DNA of 64,000 nt from Octopus sinensis (GCF_006345805.1 NC_043011.1:46574464-46638463), one strand, 5' to 3'. Shown: positions 14,465 to 29,093, numbered from the stretch's first letter. Notes: generated from the letters alone by a model not told the origin. Made by a program: numbers and translations.

Positions 14465-15075
14465 ATATATACTGTGCATGCGTGCAAGCGTTTGTGTGTG
14501 AGTGTGCACACAAACATAATCATATATGGAAACAGAATAATATACACATGTATTTATATAAATGTATATATTTTTATATAATAACATTCATGAATATATC
14601 CATCTTGGTTGTGTAATTACATTTTATGTCAGTACACTGTTTCAGATTTGGTTTCTCATAGTGTTTGCAAATATATTACACAAATATACACAGCTCATAT
14701 ATATACTTACATATACATATCAACAACAATTATAAAGATATATACATATATATATATACACACATATATATATATATAAACACATGTTCACATGCACACA
14801 CACACACACACACACACATACTCAAATACATTATATAGTGAAGCCCACAGCAGATGTCTACATCTATTTGAGCAAAAGTAATATATCTATCTATAAACTC
14901 TGAGCCACATTCCGTTATGCAAATATATACAAACCAAAATAAATAAATAAAATAAACAGTTGAGTTAAAAGATGTCTACTTGCTAAACTTTTTTCTTTTC
15001 CATATTTAGCTTTCTAAATGAAAACTAGAAGACGTGATATATATACATACATACATATATATATATATATATGTG

Positions 15076-15109
<34 letters not shown>

Positions 15110-15785
15110 CGTGTATATATATGTTGCAACAGAAATTCTAAATTTCAGAAAATGCAAAAGACTGAATAGACTAAAGAACACAAGAATTAACAAAGTCAAA
15201 GAAAAGATAAACCACAACATTAAGATTTCTGAAAAAACCAATTCTATGATTCAAAAATACATTTGAAAGGTGTGTTTGTGTCTATGTGTGCTTGAGTCAA
15301 TTTGTGTGTGTGTGTGTGTTTATGAGAAGTTGATTGCCCTTGTCATGTACCTCCATGGTCAGCCCTGATAAAACCAGTTCAATAGCATGCATATAACTTT
15401 TATTGAACAACTACTTACAACCCTGAGTTGAATTGAATTAAAGCAAAATAGCTGGTTGTAAAATTTGGTGAACGATGGTCGCTTTGTTCACAATATATTG
15501 CTGACTGGAGCGGACCCTGGCTATCACTCCAGCGACCAAGTACTCATGACTGAAGTTGAGCCAACTAGCTCAAAACTGAGTCAGTCTCGTGATCCTCTTG
15601 TCTGCTAGAGGATCATATATATATATGTAGTGCTCCCCCTGCTAGCACTACATATATATATACACAGGGTGCAATGCCACACCAATGTTCAGCTGGCTCG
15701 AAATGTTAAATCCTCTTTCCTTTCTTTCTTTCCTTTCCTGAGCGTCCAATAACACTATCCTTGTTCCATGTCCTCATGTTGTGTT

Positions 15786-15820
<35 letters not shown>

Positions 15821-16608
15821 TGTAATGTTTACAATTAAAAAAATTAGTGACCACTTTATGTGAGATAGAGGTTAGACAGATAGGTATAAGCTTGCTCATC
15901 GAACTACCGAGCTGGTTACATTGAGAGAAGATGTGTGTCTTTGATATAATACAGCTTATGAAAAACAGGGGGCTGTGGTGATGACAGGAATGTCTCTAAG
16001 GCACAAGACAATAAGCGAAGAGAGCGCACCTTGCTACAATCTCCAGATAAGTCAGCAAAATGAGGATGGTGTAATAACTCCGATCAGTCTTTAGGTCCAA
16101 AGACAGATGATGCTGTGTAGAGTTGAGAACCAAGTAACACCAGTTGGAGGAACATGCCTTTTATGATGCTCATCATATATATATGTATATATATTTCACT
16201 TTCTTGATCTGCATATGGGTGGTGTGGTTTTTAAGCATCTGATATAAGAAAAGGTAATGCTTGTCTTTCATTCAATGACCATTCCATCTATTGAAGCCAC
16301 ACCTATATCTATATCTACACACATATATATTACCAGTATCTATATCTACACACATATATATTACCAGTATCATCATTTAAAGTCCGTGTTCTATGGTAGC
16401 TTATATATATATATGTATAGTATTAATGATGATAAGAAGAACGGAGATTTTTCCCATGTGTAATTTTATTTAACAGTTATTTTCAGCATTCTTTTATGCC
16501 CTACATGCAATTCAACTGCATCAACTGTACACTGTTGGATATGCAACATGTTGTCATGGTCAGTGCAGCTTCATCAAGGGCCTTACTCTCTGCGATTTTG
16601 AGATATGT

Positions 16609-16647
<39 letters not shown>

Positions 16648-17457
16648 GGATTAGTGATGCATTAATGTATACAAGAAAAAAATGTATGTATGTATATATA
16701 TATACATACATGTATGTATATATATATGTGTGTATATATATATATATATATGTATGTCTATTTATATATATATATATACACACATACTATATTTTATATA
16801 TATATACATACATATACTTATATACAATCATATATATATATATATATATATATATAACTGGTTACATCTCTGTATTCATAGAAGTCTTACAACTTCATAT
16901 TGAAGAATAGAAATAAAAAAATTACAAAAAATATAATAATGTAAAAGTGATAAACAGGCAAAAAAAAAAAAAAGAAATGTAGAAAATTGGAAAGTAATAA
17001 ATAGAAATGAATGCGAAAAACTATTATTATGATAATTATCAATTGTTTTACTAACCCTTTCCTTCATGGCGGGAGCAACAACAGAAGAAAAGAAAAAAGT
17101 AATTTGTGAAATAGGACTTGCTTTTTGAAATGTTTTACGATGACAATTGTATGCATGAACATACATGACTGAGTGTATGTGAGGGTGTGTATATGTATGC
17201 ATGTGTATGTGTATAACTGTGTGCATGCATGTGTATAAATAAATATATATATATATATATATTTTAAAAAGATGTGGAACACGAGTTGTGATATATAAAA
17301 AAGGAAATGAAGAAAATGCTGACAAAATAATTTAAGTTATTTAAGTAATTTAATTAGGTGAAAGTTCTTTTTACCGGTTGCGCATTTGTTATGCTTATCA
17401 AAAGATGTTTTTTTAAGAGAGATAGAGTTACTTTCTGATAGATTTTTTCCTCCATAT

Positions 17458-17506
<49 letters not shown>

Positions 17507-17947
17507 ATATGTATATATATATGTATTTAAGCTTGTGGTGAGCTAAGTTCAATTTACTCTGATTTGCCTTCAACAGTAAATAAATTTACAAAATGACTGA
17601 ATAAGTTTTTTTGCTGTATACTCAGAAATGTCGACTGCCAAACGTACCATGGAGTCAAAGGACTTTACTTGTACATGCTGTAAAGAAAAATCAGTTGGCT
17701 GGCTAAAGCTTTGAAGTGAAAACCAATCATTGTTTATTAAGGAATTTTTTTCTATTTATTGTAAGTTCAGAAAATTGGTAAAGTTTCTTTGATGCGATGA
17801 GCATAAGGAAATATGCATATGTTTGGTGTATCTTACCTATCGATCTTCATGTCCTCCTTCTCACTTACAATACTTTAACCTGTCACCTTAATCCAATCTC
17901 TTTTTGTGGTTCTTTCTGTAATGTATCTATCTAATTTCATGTCCAGA

Positions 17948-18458
17948 CTTTTGAACCTGCCCAGTTAATGTCTGATTTCCCACTCTCAAAACTCCCCATG
18001 CTCAATGCTTTAACCCTTTCATTACCAACCCAGCTGAAACCTGCTCTGGCTCTGAGTATAAATGTCTTGTTTTCAGAAGTTCTGAATTAAAATCTTCCAC
18101 CAAACCTTAGTCACAATTTATGTTCCTAACACTAACTGAATAATAACTAAGTTATTTTACTAAATTCTTTGTTGTATTTGAAGTAATTGAAAGAAACACA
18201 AACCTTTTGAACCTGCCCAGTTAATGTCTGATTTCCCACTCTCAAAACTCCCCATGCTCAATGCTTTAACCCTTTCATTACCAACCCAGCTGAAACCTGC
18301 TCTGGCTCTGAGTATAAATGCCTTGTCTTCATAAGTTCTAAATTAAAACCTTCCACCAAACCTTAGTTACAATTTATGTTCCTAACACTAACTGAATAAT
18401 AACTAAGTTATTTTACTAAATTCTTTGTTATATTTGAAGTAACTGAAAGAAACACAAA
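17948..18458 (+). repeat. Direct tandem duplication, period 256 bp
   Basis: cttttgaacctgcccag at 17948 and 18204; a few substitutions between units. Confidence 0.95.
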
Positions 18459-18489
18459 GCTTCTCAAAATAAATACAGTAACAAAAGGG
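18270..18489. mobile_element. piggyBac-like MITE (~220 bp)
   Basis: TTAA|CCCTTT...AAAGGG|TTAA. A truncated duplicate lies at 18014-18203 and an inverted copy at 61068-61290. Confidence 0.7.
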
Positions 18490-20736
18490 TTAAGCTGAAA
18501 TTTAGCCCTAATTTCTTGATTCTCTGTTGAAAGAACCAAAGAAAAAAACATTATATTCTACCGTTGTTGTGGCAAACAAATTTTACCAATTTTCTGTACA
18601 TTAAATTGAATGATTTTGTATATGAAGATCATCATTAATTTTGGTGGATTCTGAAATTATTAATATAATATTTTAATATTATATTAATTAACTGGTATTA
18701 TATTGCTAAATTTGGAATGTTTTGTAAAGAATCTGCGCTTTAAAATTCAGTCATCTAATTGAAACCGTTGTTTGGCAACTCACCACTGTATATACTTAAA
18801 TATACATATAATACATATGTGTACATATAATGTATGCATGTGTGTGTGCGTTTGTTGTTTTGTCTGAGGCATAACTTAAATAGCATATATTTTATTGCAA
18901 TGTAAATAAAATACTTAAAACTACTGTATTCACATTTCTTTTGTTCAAAGTCATTTCAAAGTATTTCATTTTACTTTTTTCCAATGTTTAACATTACTAA
19001 ATGATTTCAATAGCAGATAAGAATGACACATTTCAAAAGTAACATACAAATACATACAATATATATATATACATATATATATACACATACATATATATAT
19101 ACATATATATATACATACATATATATATATATACATATATATACACATATATGTATATACAAACATTGCATATGTAAATTATTTTACATGAAAATTATGC
19201 ACACACATATACACAGATATATAAATATGTGTATGTGTCTGCGTGTGTGTGAGTGTGCGTCTGCGTGTGTGTATACATATATATATAGTTATATATATAT
19301 ATTATATATATATAATATATAATATATATATATATATATACAAATAATATATATATATATATGTATATCTATATATTTGTATGTGTGTGTATCTATATAT
19401 GTATATGAAAACATAGCTGAACTGAAAATGGAAGTTTGTACTTGATGATATTCACAGAGAGCAAAATTAAAAATTCACAAGACAAGGTAGACATTTATAA
19501 CTTTCTCTCTGCATTGGTGCATTCTGTTTTCTTCTTTCACTTTCACTTTCAAACGTAATTAACTTAAATCATGGCTTTCACTAAATTCAGTGAAATAGCT
19601 GGAAACATTTTTTCTTTTGCTTTCAATAAGGGTTTTCATGTTATTTCTTTTCTTCTTCCTAGCAACTAATTATTACTTCCTGTGGTTATCATGGGAATCT
19701 CAGCTGGAACCTATATGCCAATGATGGAGTTGACAGAAAAGTTTATTAAACATTCATAATAATTCTGTAAAAAAGAGAGCTCCAGCTTCCATCATTTCTC
19801 TCCTCCCACCGCCAAAATATACATGAACTAAATACAGTCTACATGAATATTTTAAGAAGAGTGTGTATGTGTATGGATGTGTGTGAGTGCGTGCATATAT
19901 ATATATATATACACAAACATATATATACACACACACACACATACATTTATACATATATAAGCCCTAGAGTGTTTATGCAAGCATTTTAAGTCTTGTAACT
20001 TTCCTTTAGGAGAAACTTGAAATATTTGTACTATTATAGGGAATATATTTAACATAAAAATGGAATACAATTTACATTCAGAAATCTATTAAGTTCTTTG
20101 TCTTAGTTATTGAAGTGTACCAGATGCTCACACATGTAAACATGAGTATATATCCCTACATATATACATATATATTTATCTATATCTATATCTATATATA
20201 TATATATACACATACAGATAGATAGATAGAAAAATATATGTGTGTGTTTGTGTATGTGCACGTGTGTATACACACATGCATACACACATACACTGCTGCT
20301 CCAGTGTACTCTAATTGTTAGCATCAGTAAAATATAATCGTTAAATAGGAAACCCAGACAAATCTAGAATAAAATAGGTTCAATGGCCCTTTGTTATACA
20401 TTCGAAATTTTTGTGCATTAAATAAGGAAATATTATAAGAGAGTTGCACTATATTTGTATATATAAAAAAATAGTTTTCCTTTCAAACATGTTATAGAGA
20501 AAATGTAACAGTTTTTTTAGGTTAAAACTTTTCTACAAAACATTGTCATATTCTTTTATAAGTTGTTTTATAATTTGATTCAGAAAAGTGATTTGGATAA
20601 TATACATAATATTGTAAAGGGTCTTATGAATGATATTGTACCAAACTGGACATATTAGGGAAGTCTTTGGTAAAATTCATGTTACTCAAATTTAGTCATG
20701 TTGTCAATCAATGATATGTGTGTGTGTGTGAGAGAG

Positions 20737-20953
20737 TACTCTTTTACTCTTTTACTTGTTTCAGTCATTTGACTGTGGCCATGCTGGAGCACCGCCTTTA
20801 GTCGAGCAAATCAACCCCAGGACTTATTCTTTGTAAGCCTAGTACTTATTCTATAAGTCTCTTTTGCTGAACCGCTAAGTTACGGGAACATAAACACACT
20901 AGCATTGGTTGTCAAGCGATGTTGGAGGGACAAGCACAGACACACAAACATAT

Positions 20954-21008
<55 letters not shown>

Positions 21009-21152
21009 GCGTTAGGAAGGGCATCCAGCTGTAGAAACACTGCCAGATCTGACTGGCCTGGTGCAGCCTTCGAGCTTGCGAGACCCCAGTTGGACCGTCC
21101 AATCCATGCTAGCATGGAAAGCGGACGTTAAACGATGATGATGATGATGATG

Positions 21153-21183
<31 letters not shown>

Positions 21184-21344
21184 TATATACGATGAGCTTC
21201 TTTTAGTTTCCGTCTACCAAATCCACTCACAAGGCTTTGGTCAGCCCGAGGCTATAGTAAATGACACTTGCCCAAGGTGCGAGGCAGTGGGACTGGACCT
21301 GGAACCACGTGGTTCGTAAGCAAGCTACTTACCACACAGCCACT
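20737..21344 (-). mobile_element. SINE family A with nested insertion
   Basis: Both halves flank the 21006-21153 insertion. Confidence 0.85.
21006..21153 (+). mobile_element. (GAT)n-tailed retroposon end nested inside a SINE microsatellite
   Basis: Same motif as 912-1116, flanked on both sides by the host (TA)n. Confidence 0.8.
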
Positions 21345-22802
21345 GTGAACATGAAATGTAAAGACATACTGCTACTGGCAGTCAACTGATTGTCTGAAGT
21401 GCAGACTTCTGATATCCTCACCAGTATTGCTGCTCTCCATGTATAACTGAATTAGTTAACTCTTGTAAATTTTATTTTACTGATTGTTATATAGAAACCA
21501 AGCACTTGCTTTAGCTGTTAGAAACCCAACTATTGTGGTACTTAAGGAGTGTTACATTAGCCTATAGTGATGAATGTTAATCCTGTTATGAACTGAGAGG
21601 CTGATGGGAAGAAAAACCTATCTTAGAGCATATTTTCCCTAGCATCTGAATAGCCCAGTAATAAACTGGATTAAGAAGCATAAATCATTCAAAGAGTTGA
21701 ATATCTCTATAAGTGAAATACCAAACAAGCTATGAGGAGAGAAATGAGGTGGGGGGGGGGGAGAGAAAGTGAAAGTGAAAGAGAATAAGAATAGAAACTT
21801 GCCAATATATTTTTTTAAAGCTCGTTTCAATAGAAGATACCAAATAGAATATTGCAGTGGAGTTCATTGCCACAAAGTAACAGATAGGATATTTCACAGA
21901 ACAGACTCATTGCATTATAATCTACTGAATAAGATATCTCATAAAGTGTTGCTTTTATAGAGGCTCGTGAATATGTTACATCAGTGAGCTGCATTGAAAA
22001 GGGAGGTAACATGTATCTCGCAGAAAAATTCATGAAACTATAAATTTTTATGTGGAATGAATAGGATAATGATGATGACAGTCTTCTATATAAATCAACC
22101 ATTTTCTTGTAAAATTCCATTCAATATATTCTACATTATCAGTAACTTCCTTTTGTTTTCAGTCAAGTGGTGCTATTAAGTTAGACATGGCATCCTAGTG
22201 CTCTACCAACTGAATCTTATCTGAGCTACCAAAAGGAGACTTATCTAGATACTGCATCAGAAGTTATCTAAAACATCTAGAATATGGATTATCTATTATA
22301 GTGACAATAACAGTAAATCTAAATTTTATTGTGATTTTTCTCACACAATATTCTTTGCATGAAGTTAATATCACACAATAAAAACGTTTATTACGTTGGC
22401 AGCCATAAAATTCTAAAATCTGTTTTGAATGTTAAATGGGTTAATGTCAGAACTATCAGGTCTTAACTGAGAAAGATGTCATATCCAGCTCAATATATAT
22501 AGAAGAGAGATTATGTAACTCAATTAAAGACTTATCCTGCTACACTAAGAACTACTGGTGAAATAGGAAAGGTACTGTCAGATTATACTGAATTTAAATT
22601 CAGAAAATATAACTTAGAATTTCAGAAGGTTTTGAATAGTTTTCTCTAAAACTTTTGAATGAGGGAGATTAAAGCTTAAAAACTGTCCCAAACAGATGAA
22701 CTTCAGAGGTTAAGATGTTAAACAATATCAACTCCTGACTCAAGAGTTCAAATCTTGCTGTAAGCAATTGATTACATCTCTAAGTAAGGTACTTACTTAA
22801 CA

Positions 22803-22968
22803 GGCGTAGGAGTGGCTGTGTGGTAAGTAGCTTGCTTACGAACCACATGGTTCCGGGTTCAGTACCACTGCGTGGCACCTTGGGCAAGTGTCTTCTACTA
22901 TACTATAGCCACAGGCTGACCAAAGCCTTGCGAGGGGATTTGGTAGATGGAACTAAAAGAAGCCCGTC

Positions 22969-23047
<79 letters not shown>

Positions 23048-23283
23048 ATATATGTGTATGTGTGTGTGTATATATTTGTGTGTCGTGTTTGTCCCCCCAA
23101 CATCGCCTGACAGCAGGTGCTGGTGTGTTTACATCCGCATAACTTAGCGGTTCAGCAAAAGAGACTGATAGAATAAGTACTAGGCTTACAAAGAATAAGT
23201 CCTGGGGTCGATTTACTTGATTAAGGCAGTGCTCCAGCATGGCCGCAGTCAAATGACTGAAACAAGTGAAAGAGTAAAGAGTA
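22803..23283 (+). mobile_element. SINE family A
   Basis: Full-length, with an expanded (TA)n. Confidence 0.9.
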
Positions 23284-23574
23284 TGTGTCAATTCAACAAA
23301 TTAGAGATTATGTATAAGGTGATCTGTAAAAGGTTTCCATGACAGTATCCTATCAAGTGAAGAGGATAAATATTATTTGAGCATAACACCAAGAAGCTTT
23401 AGTTTATTTACCTGAGTGTGTTTAGCTGAATAATAGACAACAGATTTCATGGATTAAGTAAGTTACAAGTCTGCATAATACAGGAAAAATGAGCCTGCAT
23501 GTACGTGTGTGTGGTGTGTGTGTGTGTGTATTATATAAATTATATATATATTATATATATATATATATATATAG

Positions 23575-23890
23575 TGAAGGCACATGACTCAGTGGTTAGA
23601 GCATTGAGCTTATGATCATGAGGTTGTGAGCTCGAATCCCGGACCGGGCTGCGTGTTGTGTTCTTGAGCAAGACACTTTATTTCACGTTGCTCCAGTTCA
23701 CTCAGCTGTACAAATGAGTTGCGACGTCACAGGTGCCAATCTGTATCAGCCTTTGCCTTTTCCTTGGATAACATCAGGGGTGTGGAGGGGGGGAGGAGCT
23801 TGTAGGCATGGGTGACTGCTGGTCTTCCATAAACAACCTTGCCCAGATTTCTGCCTGGGAGAGTAACTTTCTAGGTGCAATCCCATGGTC
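23575..23890 (+). mobile_element. tRNA-SINE with a Meta-like central domain
   Basis: tRNA head followed by gtgttgtgttcttgagcaagacactttatttcacgttgctccagttcactcagctgt. Relatives at 3500-3830(+), 34050-34373(-) and 35140-35300(+). Confidence 0.7.
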
Positions 23891-24141
23891 TGTATATATA
23901 TATGTATGTATATATATATATATATATATGTTTATAGTTATCAAACATGTATTTATATGGAACCTGGTTGTGTACCAAAGATTTCAGCTAAATGTTTTTG
24001 GGAAAATAGCAGCCACGGTGTGACCAATGACAAAAGTGGATTATGTTTATTAATTTCTATTTCAGAATTTGTGAATAACAGTTGGCTACCTGATTCAAAC
24101 ATATTTATCTGTAACTCAAGAACAGTGTTTGTTACAGATAT

Positions 24142-24175
<34 letters not shown>

Positions 24176-25194
24176 TTTGGCCAACTCTTGGCGTTATGAT
24201 GATTGTAAATAATTCCTCTGTACATTATGGGTGCTGACATAAAAAGGGGAAACACCTGAGGTCATATTTCAACTCTTTTTAGAGTCTTCAGCTTTCAGTG
24301 TCATGTCAACAAAAATGAACATATTCATATCTATCTATCTGTCTGTGCATGTGCGTGATGGGCTACAACATTGCTCATATGGTCCTGAATTCCTGAAGCC
24401 AAGATGAAATACACATGTCCAAGGTAATATGCAGTGGAATTTAATCTAAAATGTTGTGGTTCGAAATGAACTTGTTTTCCACACTGTCATAACACTGAAG
24501 ATATCCAAAAATGGTCCCCTATCAGTATAATTTTGAATGGCAATTCATAATAACTGGAAAAAAAAATGCAAAAGTCAATATAAACAGGGAAAGACATGTT
24601 ACTTTCCTGCAATTTCTGTTAAAACTCACACACACACAAAAAAGATTCTTTTTAGAATCTAATTTTGATTTTGTCTTTAATCTTTAATTTATGTACATGA
24701 TATTTCTGAATTTATAAATTGATTCTCACTAAAATTCAGACAGTTTCTAATATTAAACATCCAAATATTCACAAACATCTGTAAAAGCCCCTAAACTATG
24801 AAGCCATAAAATCACTATGTAGAATAAATGATTTCCTTTTCGCCTTTGTCATAAACTATTTAGAATAAAATATATTAATTTTATGAATTCTTATTTAGAA
24901 TAAAATATATTAATTTTATGAATTTTTAATGACATGGCACTGGAAATCTGACAAGATTGGAGCATCAACAGGTGCTATTTAATTACAAATGGCCTTATTG
25001 GCCTTATTACTTTTAAACCTTTAACATTTTCGAAATAACCTTTGCCATTAACCCTACTACGCAAAAAAATTTTCCTAAGTGGTGGATGTTCTCATACCGA
25101 ACTCGTTAATAATTTGTTTTTAGCACCCCATGCAAAAATAAGAGGGAGAGTGCAAATATAAGAAATCATCAGAATCATTATCATTATTATTAAC

Positions 25195-25552
25195 CGCTGA
25201 GGTTGACTTTGCTTTTCATCCTTTCAGGGTCGATAAATTAAGTACCAGTTGCGTACTAGGATCGATCTAATTGACTGGCCCTCTCCCCTAAAATTTCAGG
25301 TCTTGAGCGTAGAGTAGAAAAGATTATTATTATTAAGGTGTCGCGCTGGTGGAATCATTAACAGACCAGTCAAAATGCTTAGTAGCATTTCATCTATCTT
25401 TATGTTCTGAGTTCAAATTCCACCGAGGTCAACATTGTCTTTCATCCTTTCAGGACCAATAAATTAAGTACCAGTGAAACACTGGATCGATGTAATCAAC
25501 TAGTCCCCTCCCCACAAATTTGAGGCCTTGTACCTCCAGTAGAAAGGATTAA

Positions 25553-25555
<3 letters not shown>
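25195..25555 (+). mobile_element. Two tandem SINE family B copies within (ATT)n
   Basis: 25195-25330 (headless) and 25335-25555. Confidence 0.75.
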
Positions 25556-25588
<33 letters not shown>

Positions 25589-26021
25589 TTTTATTTTCAT
25601 TTTTACTCTCAAAGGTTAACATAAAGGTGTTTATTATAAGGTGAGAAATGGTAGATAAACTGATTTTTCTTTACTCTACAATTTTATACTTTACAGTGTA
25701 TTTTGGTTCCCTTTCATAGCTGCCAACTGTTTAAAACATTCAACCCTTTAATAGTTATACTGATGACATACCTCGACACATTGTTTGCCAAATTATAAAG
25801 AAAACAACTTATTCAGTATTAGTATTATTGACAAGTGGTGAATAATGAGACACACAAAAATGCAGATTTTATTTCTTATAATCATTGTTTGCATATGTAT
25901 GTGTGTGTGTGTATGAATATATATATGTATATTTGTACATATACATGTATGTATATGTGTGCATATGTATACTTGTATGTATATGTGTGCATATATTTAT
26001 GTATGTATGTATATATACATG

Positions 26022-26071
<50 letters not shown>

Positions 26072-26088
26072 TACTTATATATGTGCAG

Positions 26089-26121
<33 letters not shown>

Positions 26122-26136
26122 AATATACATACATAC

Positions 26137-26175
<39 letters not shown>

Positions 26176-26749
26176 CATATATAAAGCAGTTAGATGTTTC
26201 ATATTTTAAATTAAGATCAAACCATTTTACACATCATTAAGTTTTTCAAATATAACATTGTCACCCTACTGAATGATAACGTTCAAGTCAATAAACAAAA
26301 GTGTTATATTTATAAGAACAGTTCTCACTTCATCATTACCATTATATTTATTACATCCATCATTGATTGGCCCACCAGAAAAAAAAAATACATGATAAAA
26401 ATCCAATGTTTATTTAAATACATACATACATTCAGGCAAAAATCATGCTTACATTTCTGTATAAATATGTAAAAATATATGTAAAAATTGTACAAAAAAT
26501 TGTACTTATCCATGCATTTTCACATGCAGGCATGCAGACATACTTAGAGATATAAAACTCTTGTTATTTATTTGTAGTTTTTTCTTTACCTGTGGATTTT
26601 AAAATCACGTTGTGTCCTCTTCAGGATGATGATGAGGATGATGATGGTGAACGAAGATGGCAGTGGAATTTGGTGACAGATAATGAAATGCCTTTCAAGT
26701 TAATCACTGGAATATCTTTTAGATGTATTTATGAAAATATATACCAAAA

Positions 26750-26985
26750 TTTATTTCTTTATTGCCCACAAGGGGCTAAACACAGAGGAGACAAACAAGG
26801 ACAGACAAAGGGATTAAGTCGATTACATCGACCCCAGTGCGTAACTGGTACTTATTTAATCGATCCGAAAGGACGAAAGGCAAAGTCGACCTTGGTGGAA
26901 TTTGAACTCAGAATGTAGCGGCAGACGAAATACTGCTAAGCATTTCGCCTGGCATGCTAACGATTCTGACAGCTCGGAAAATGGT
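26750..26985 (-). mobile_element. SINE family B
   Basis: Reverse complement of 28493-28725. Confidence 0.85.
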
Positions 26986-27105
26986 TGAAGTAGTAAACAA
27001 CTGAACTGAAAACGATTTTTTCCAAAAGGAATTTGAAGGCCCTTTCGATTAAAGAAAGAATTAACACACACACACATGCAATACATACACACATGTACAG
27101 AGATA

Positions 27106-27567
27106 TAAGGTCATAATAAAGACCTTCTGCAATTTTAAATTTGTGTAACTATTGTTTTTATGCATGGTAGAATTTTTCTGTAAAAAGGATAAGAGAAACA
27201 ATTTATTAAATAAATTTCTTGGTGAAATTCTTAAATTTGAACTGTGGCAATTTCTAAAATTCTATTTTGCAGTTGATTTTTAGTTCCATACTCTGAAATC
27301 ACATTAGTTTATTCTAACTTGCAAATCATTTACAGAGCAAAGTTTAGTTGAATAAATACATGTTTGTACATGTCTCTATAAAATAAAATTAAGAGAAATT
27401 CTTAAATTTCTAAAATTAATAAACAACTTCGATATATTTCTTCACTGGTGACAATAAAATTGATGCATCAGGTTTCTCAATGTTTACAGATTAATTTTAT
27501 CATAGACAGAAATAGAGTTATAAAATATTATAAGTTAAAATTACAGAGGGACATTATAATGACTCTG
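27106..27567. mobile_element. Tc1/mariner-like MITE with imperfect ~31-bp TIRs
   Basis: Left gtcataataaagaccttctgcaattttaaatt vs reverse complement of right gtcattataatgtccctctgtaattttaactt; TA follows the right end. Confidence 0.5.
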
Positions 27568-27832
27568 TATGTGCATGTGCATACGTGTGCATGCTAACAT
27601 ACACATTTGTGTATGTTTGCACATGCATATATACATGTGGCACCAATCATCTGTGGAAATGGAGTAATTACCATGTGTGCACATGCATACATACATACAT
27701 TCATACATATACATAGATAAATATATGTATATATATATGTGTGTGTGTGTATATATATATCTATATATATATATATCATTATATATATATGTGTGTGTGT
27801 TTATATGAATAATATATAAATGTATGCATAAC

Positions 27833-27865
<33 letters not shown>

Positions 27866-27875
27866 TGTATATACA

Positions 27876-27914
<39 letters not shown>

Positions 27915-27928
27915 TATGTATGTATATA

Positions 27929-27959
<31 letters not shown>

Positions 27960-28492
27960 TGCTCATTTGTTTTATGTCTGTGTTGCCAAGCCGATAGGAA
28001 TTGGATAGGGACACACACAGACACATACATACATGTCTCTGTGTGTGTATATGTACTTCATACTAAATTGACATTCTGAAAAAACAGCCAAATATGTTCA
28101 TTCTATTGGTAAATGTTCACTTCATCCAATATATCACAGACAGTTATCATTTTCTGCTGCTTTTGCGTACATGTATACACATAGGTATAGTCTACAATTA
28201 TGGAAATAATTACAAATTGGTAAACAAAATTGCACTAAGTTGAGGGAATATTGGATTTTTCTTCAAATGATATTTATATATTTTTTATTTTGCAAAAGCT
28301 ATATTTCACAGAAACAAATAAATTTCTAAGATGTACTCAAAAACCATTTGTTGCAAAAATAAACTTCAACTGTTGCTATGAATTCTCTGTTCCTCATATA
28401 TACTAACTCTACCATCCTTCCAGTCAGGCCTGTCTGAAACACTCACCATCCTCCTCCTTGTCACTCTCTCTATTAGATGTTGACCTCTACGA

Positions 28493-28725
28493 AGGCAGCG
28501 AGCTGGCAGAAACGTTAGCACACTGGGCAAAATGCATAGCCGTGTTTCGTCTGTCGTTACGTTTCGAGTTCAAATTCCGCCAAGGTCGACTTTGCCTTTC
28601 ATCCTTTCGGGGTCGATAAATTAAGTACCAGTTATGCACTGGGGATCGATGTAATCGACTTAATCCCTTTATCTGTCCTTGTTTGTCCCCTCTATGTTTA
28701 ACCCCTTGTGGGTGGTAAAGAAATA
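28493..28725 (+). mobile_element. SINE family B
   Basis: Full-length family alignment. Confidence 0.85.
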
Positions 28726-29062
28726 AATTAGATGTTGACCTCTCTGTTTTGCTACCAGACTCTCTCTCTCTCTCTCTTCTCATTTTCCATTTCTTTTTCT
28801 CTACCTCTTACTCTTACTCTTTCTGCCTGAGCCATGGTCACTCTCATCCACCCACCATCGTTCTCACTCGTTCTTTTTCTCTGTCTCCCTTCCTCTCCCT
28901 TCTCTCTTTCTCTTCATAATATTCTTCTACTCCACATCCAACCCATTGCTCAGGTCATAGAAGCAGAGAGACTAAACAGAGATATATAAGTTTTTGTCTT
29001 TGTCTGTTTAAACAAAAGAAACAGGGTGAGGAGAGAGAGAGAGTGAGGGAAAGAGAGAGAGG

Positions 29063-29093
<31 letters not shown>

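Noticed and set aside
15821-16175. Possible solo LTR (TG...CA)
   Set aside because: The terminal inverted match is poor, no TSD is distinguishable in TA repeats, and there is no second copy in the window.
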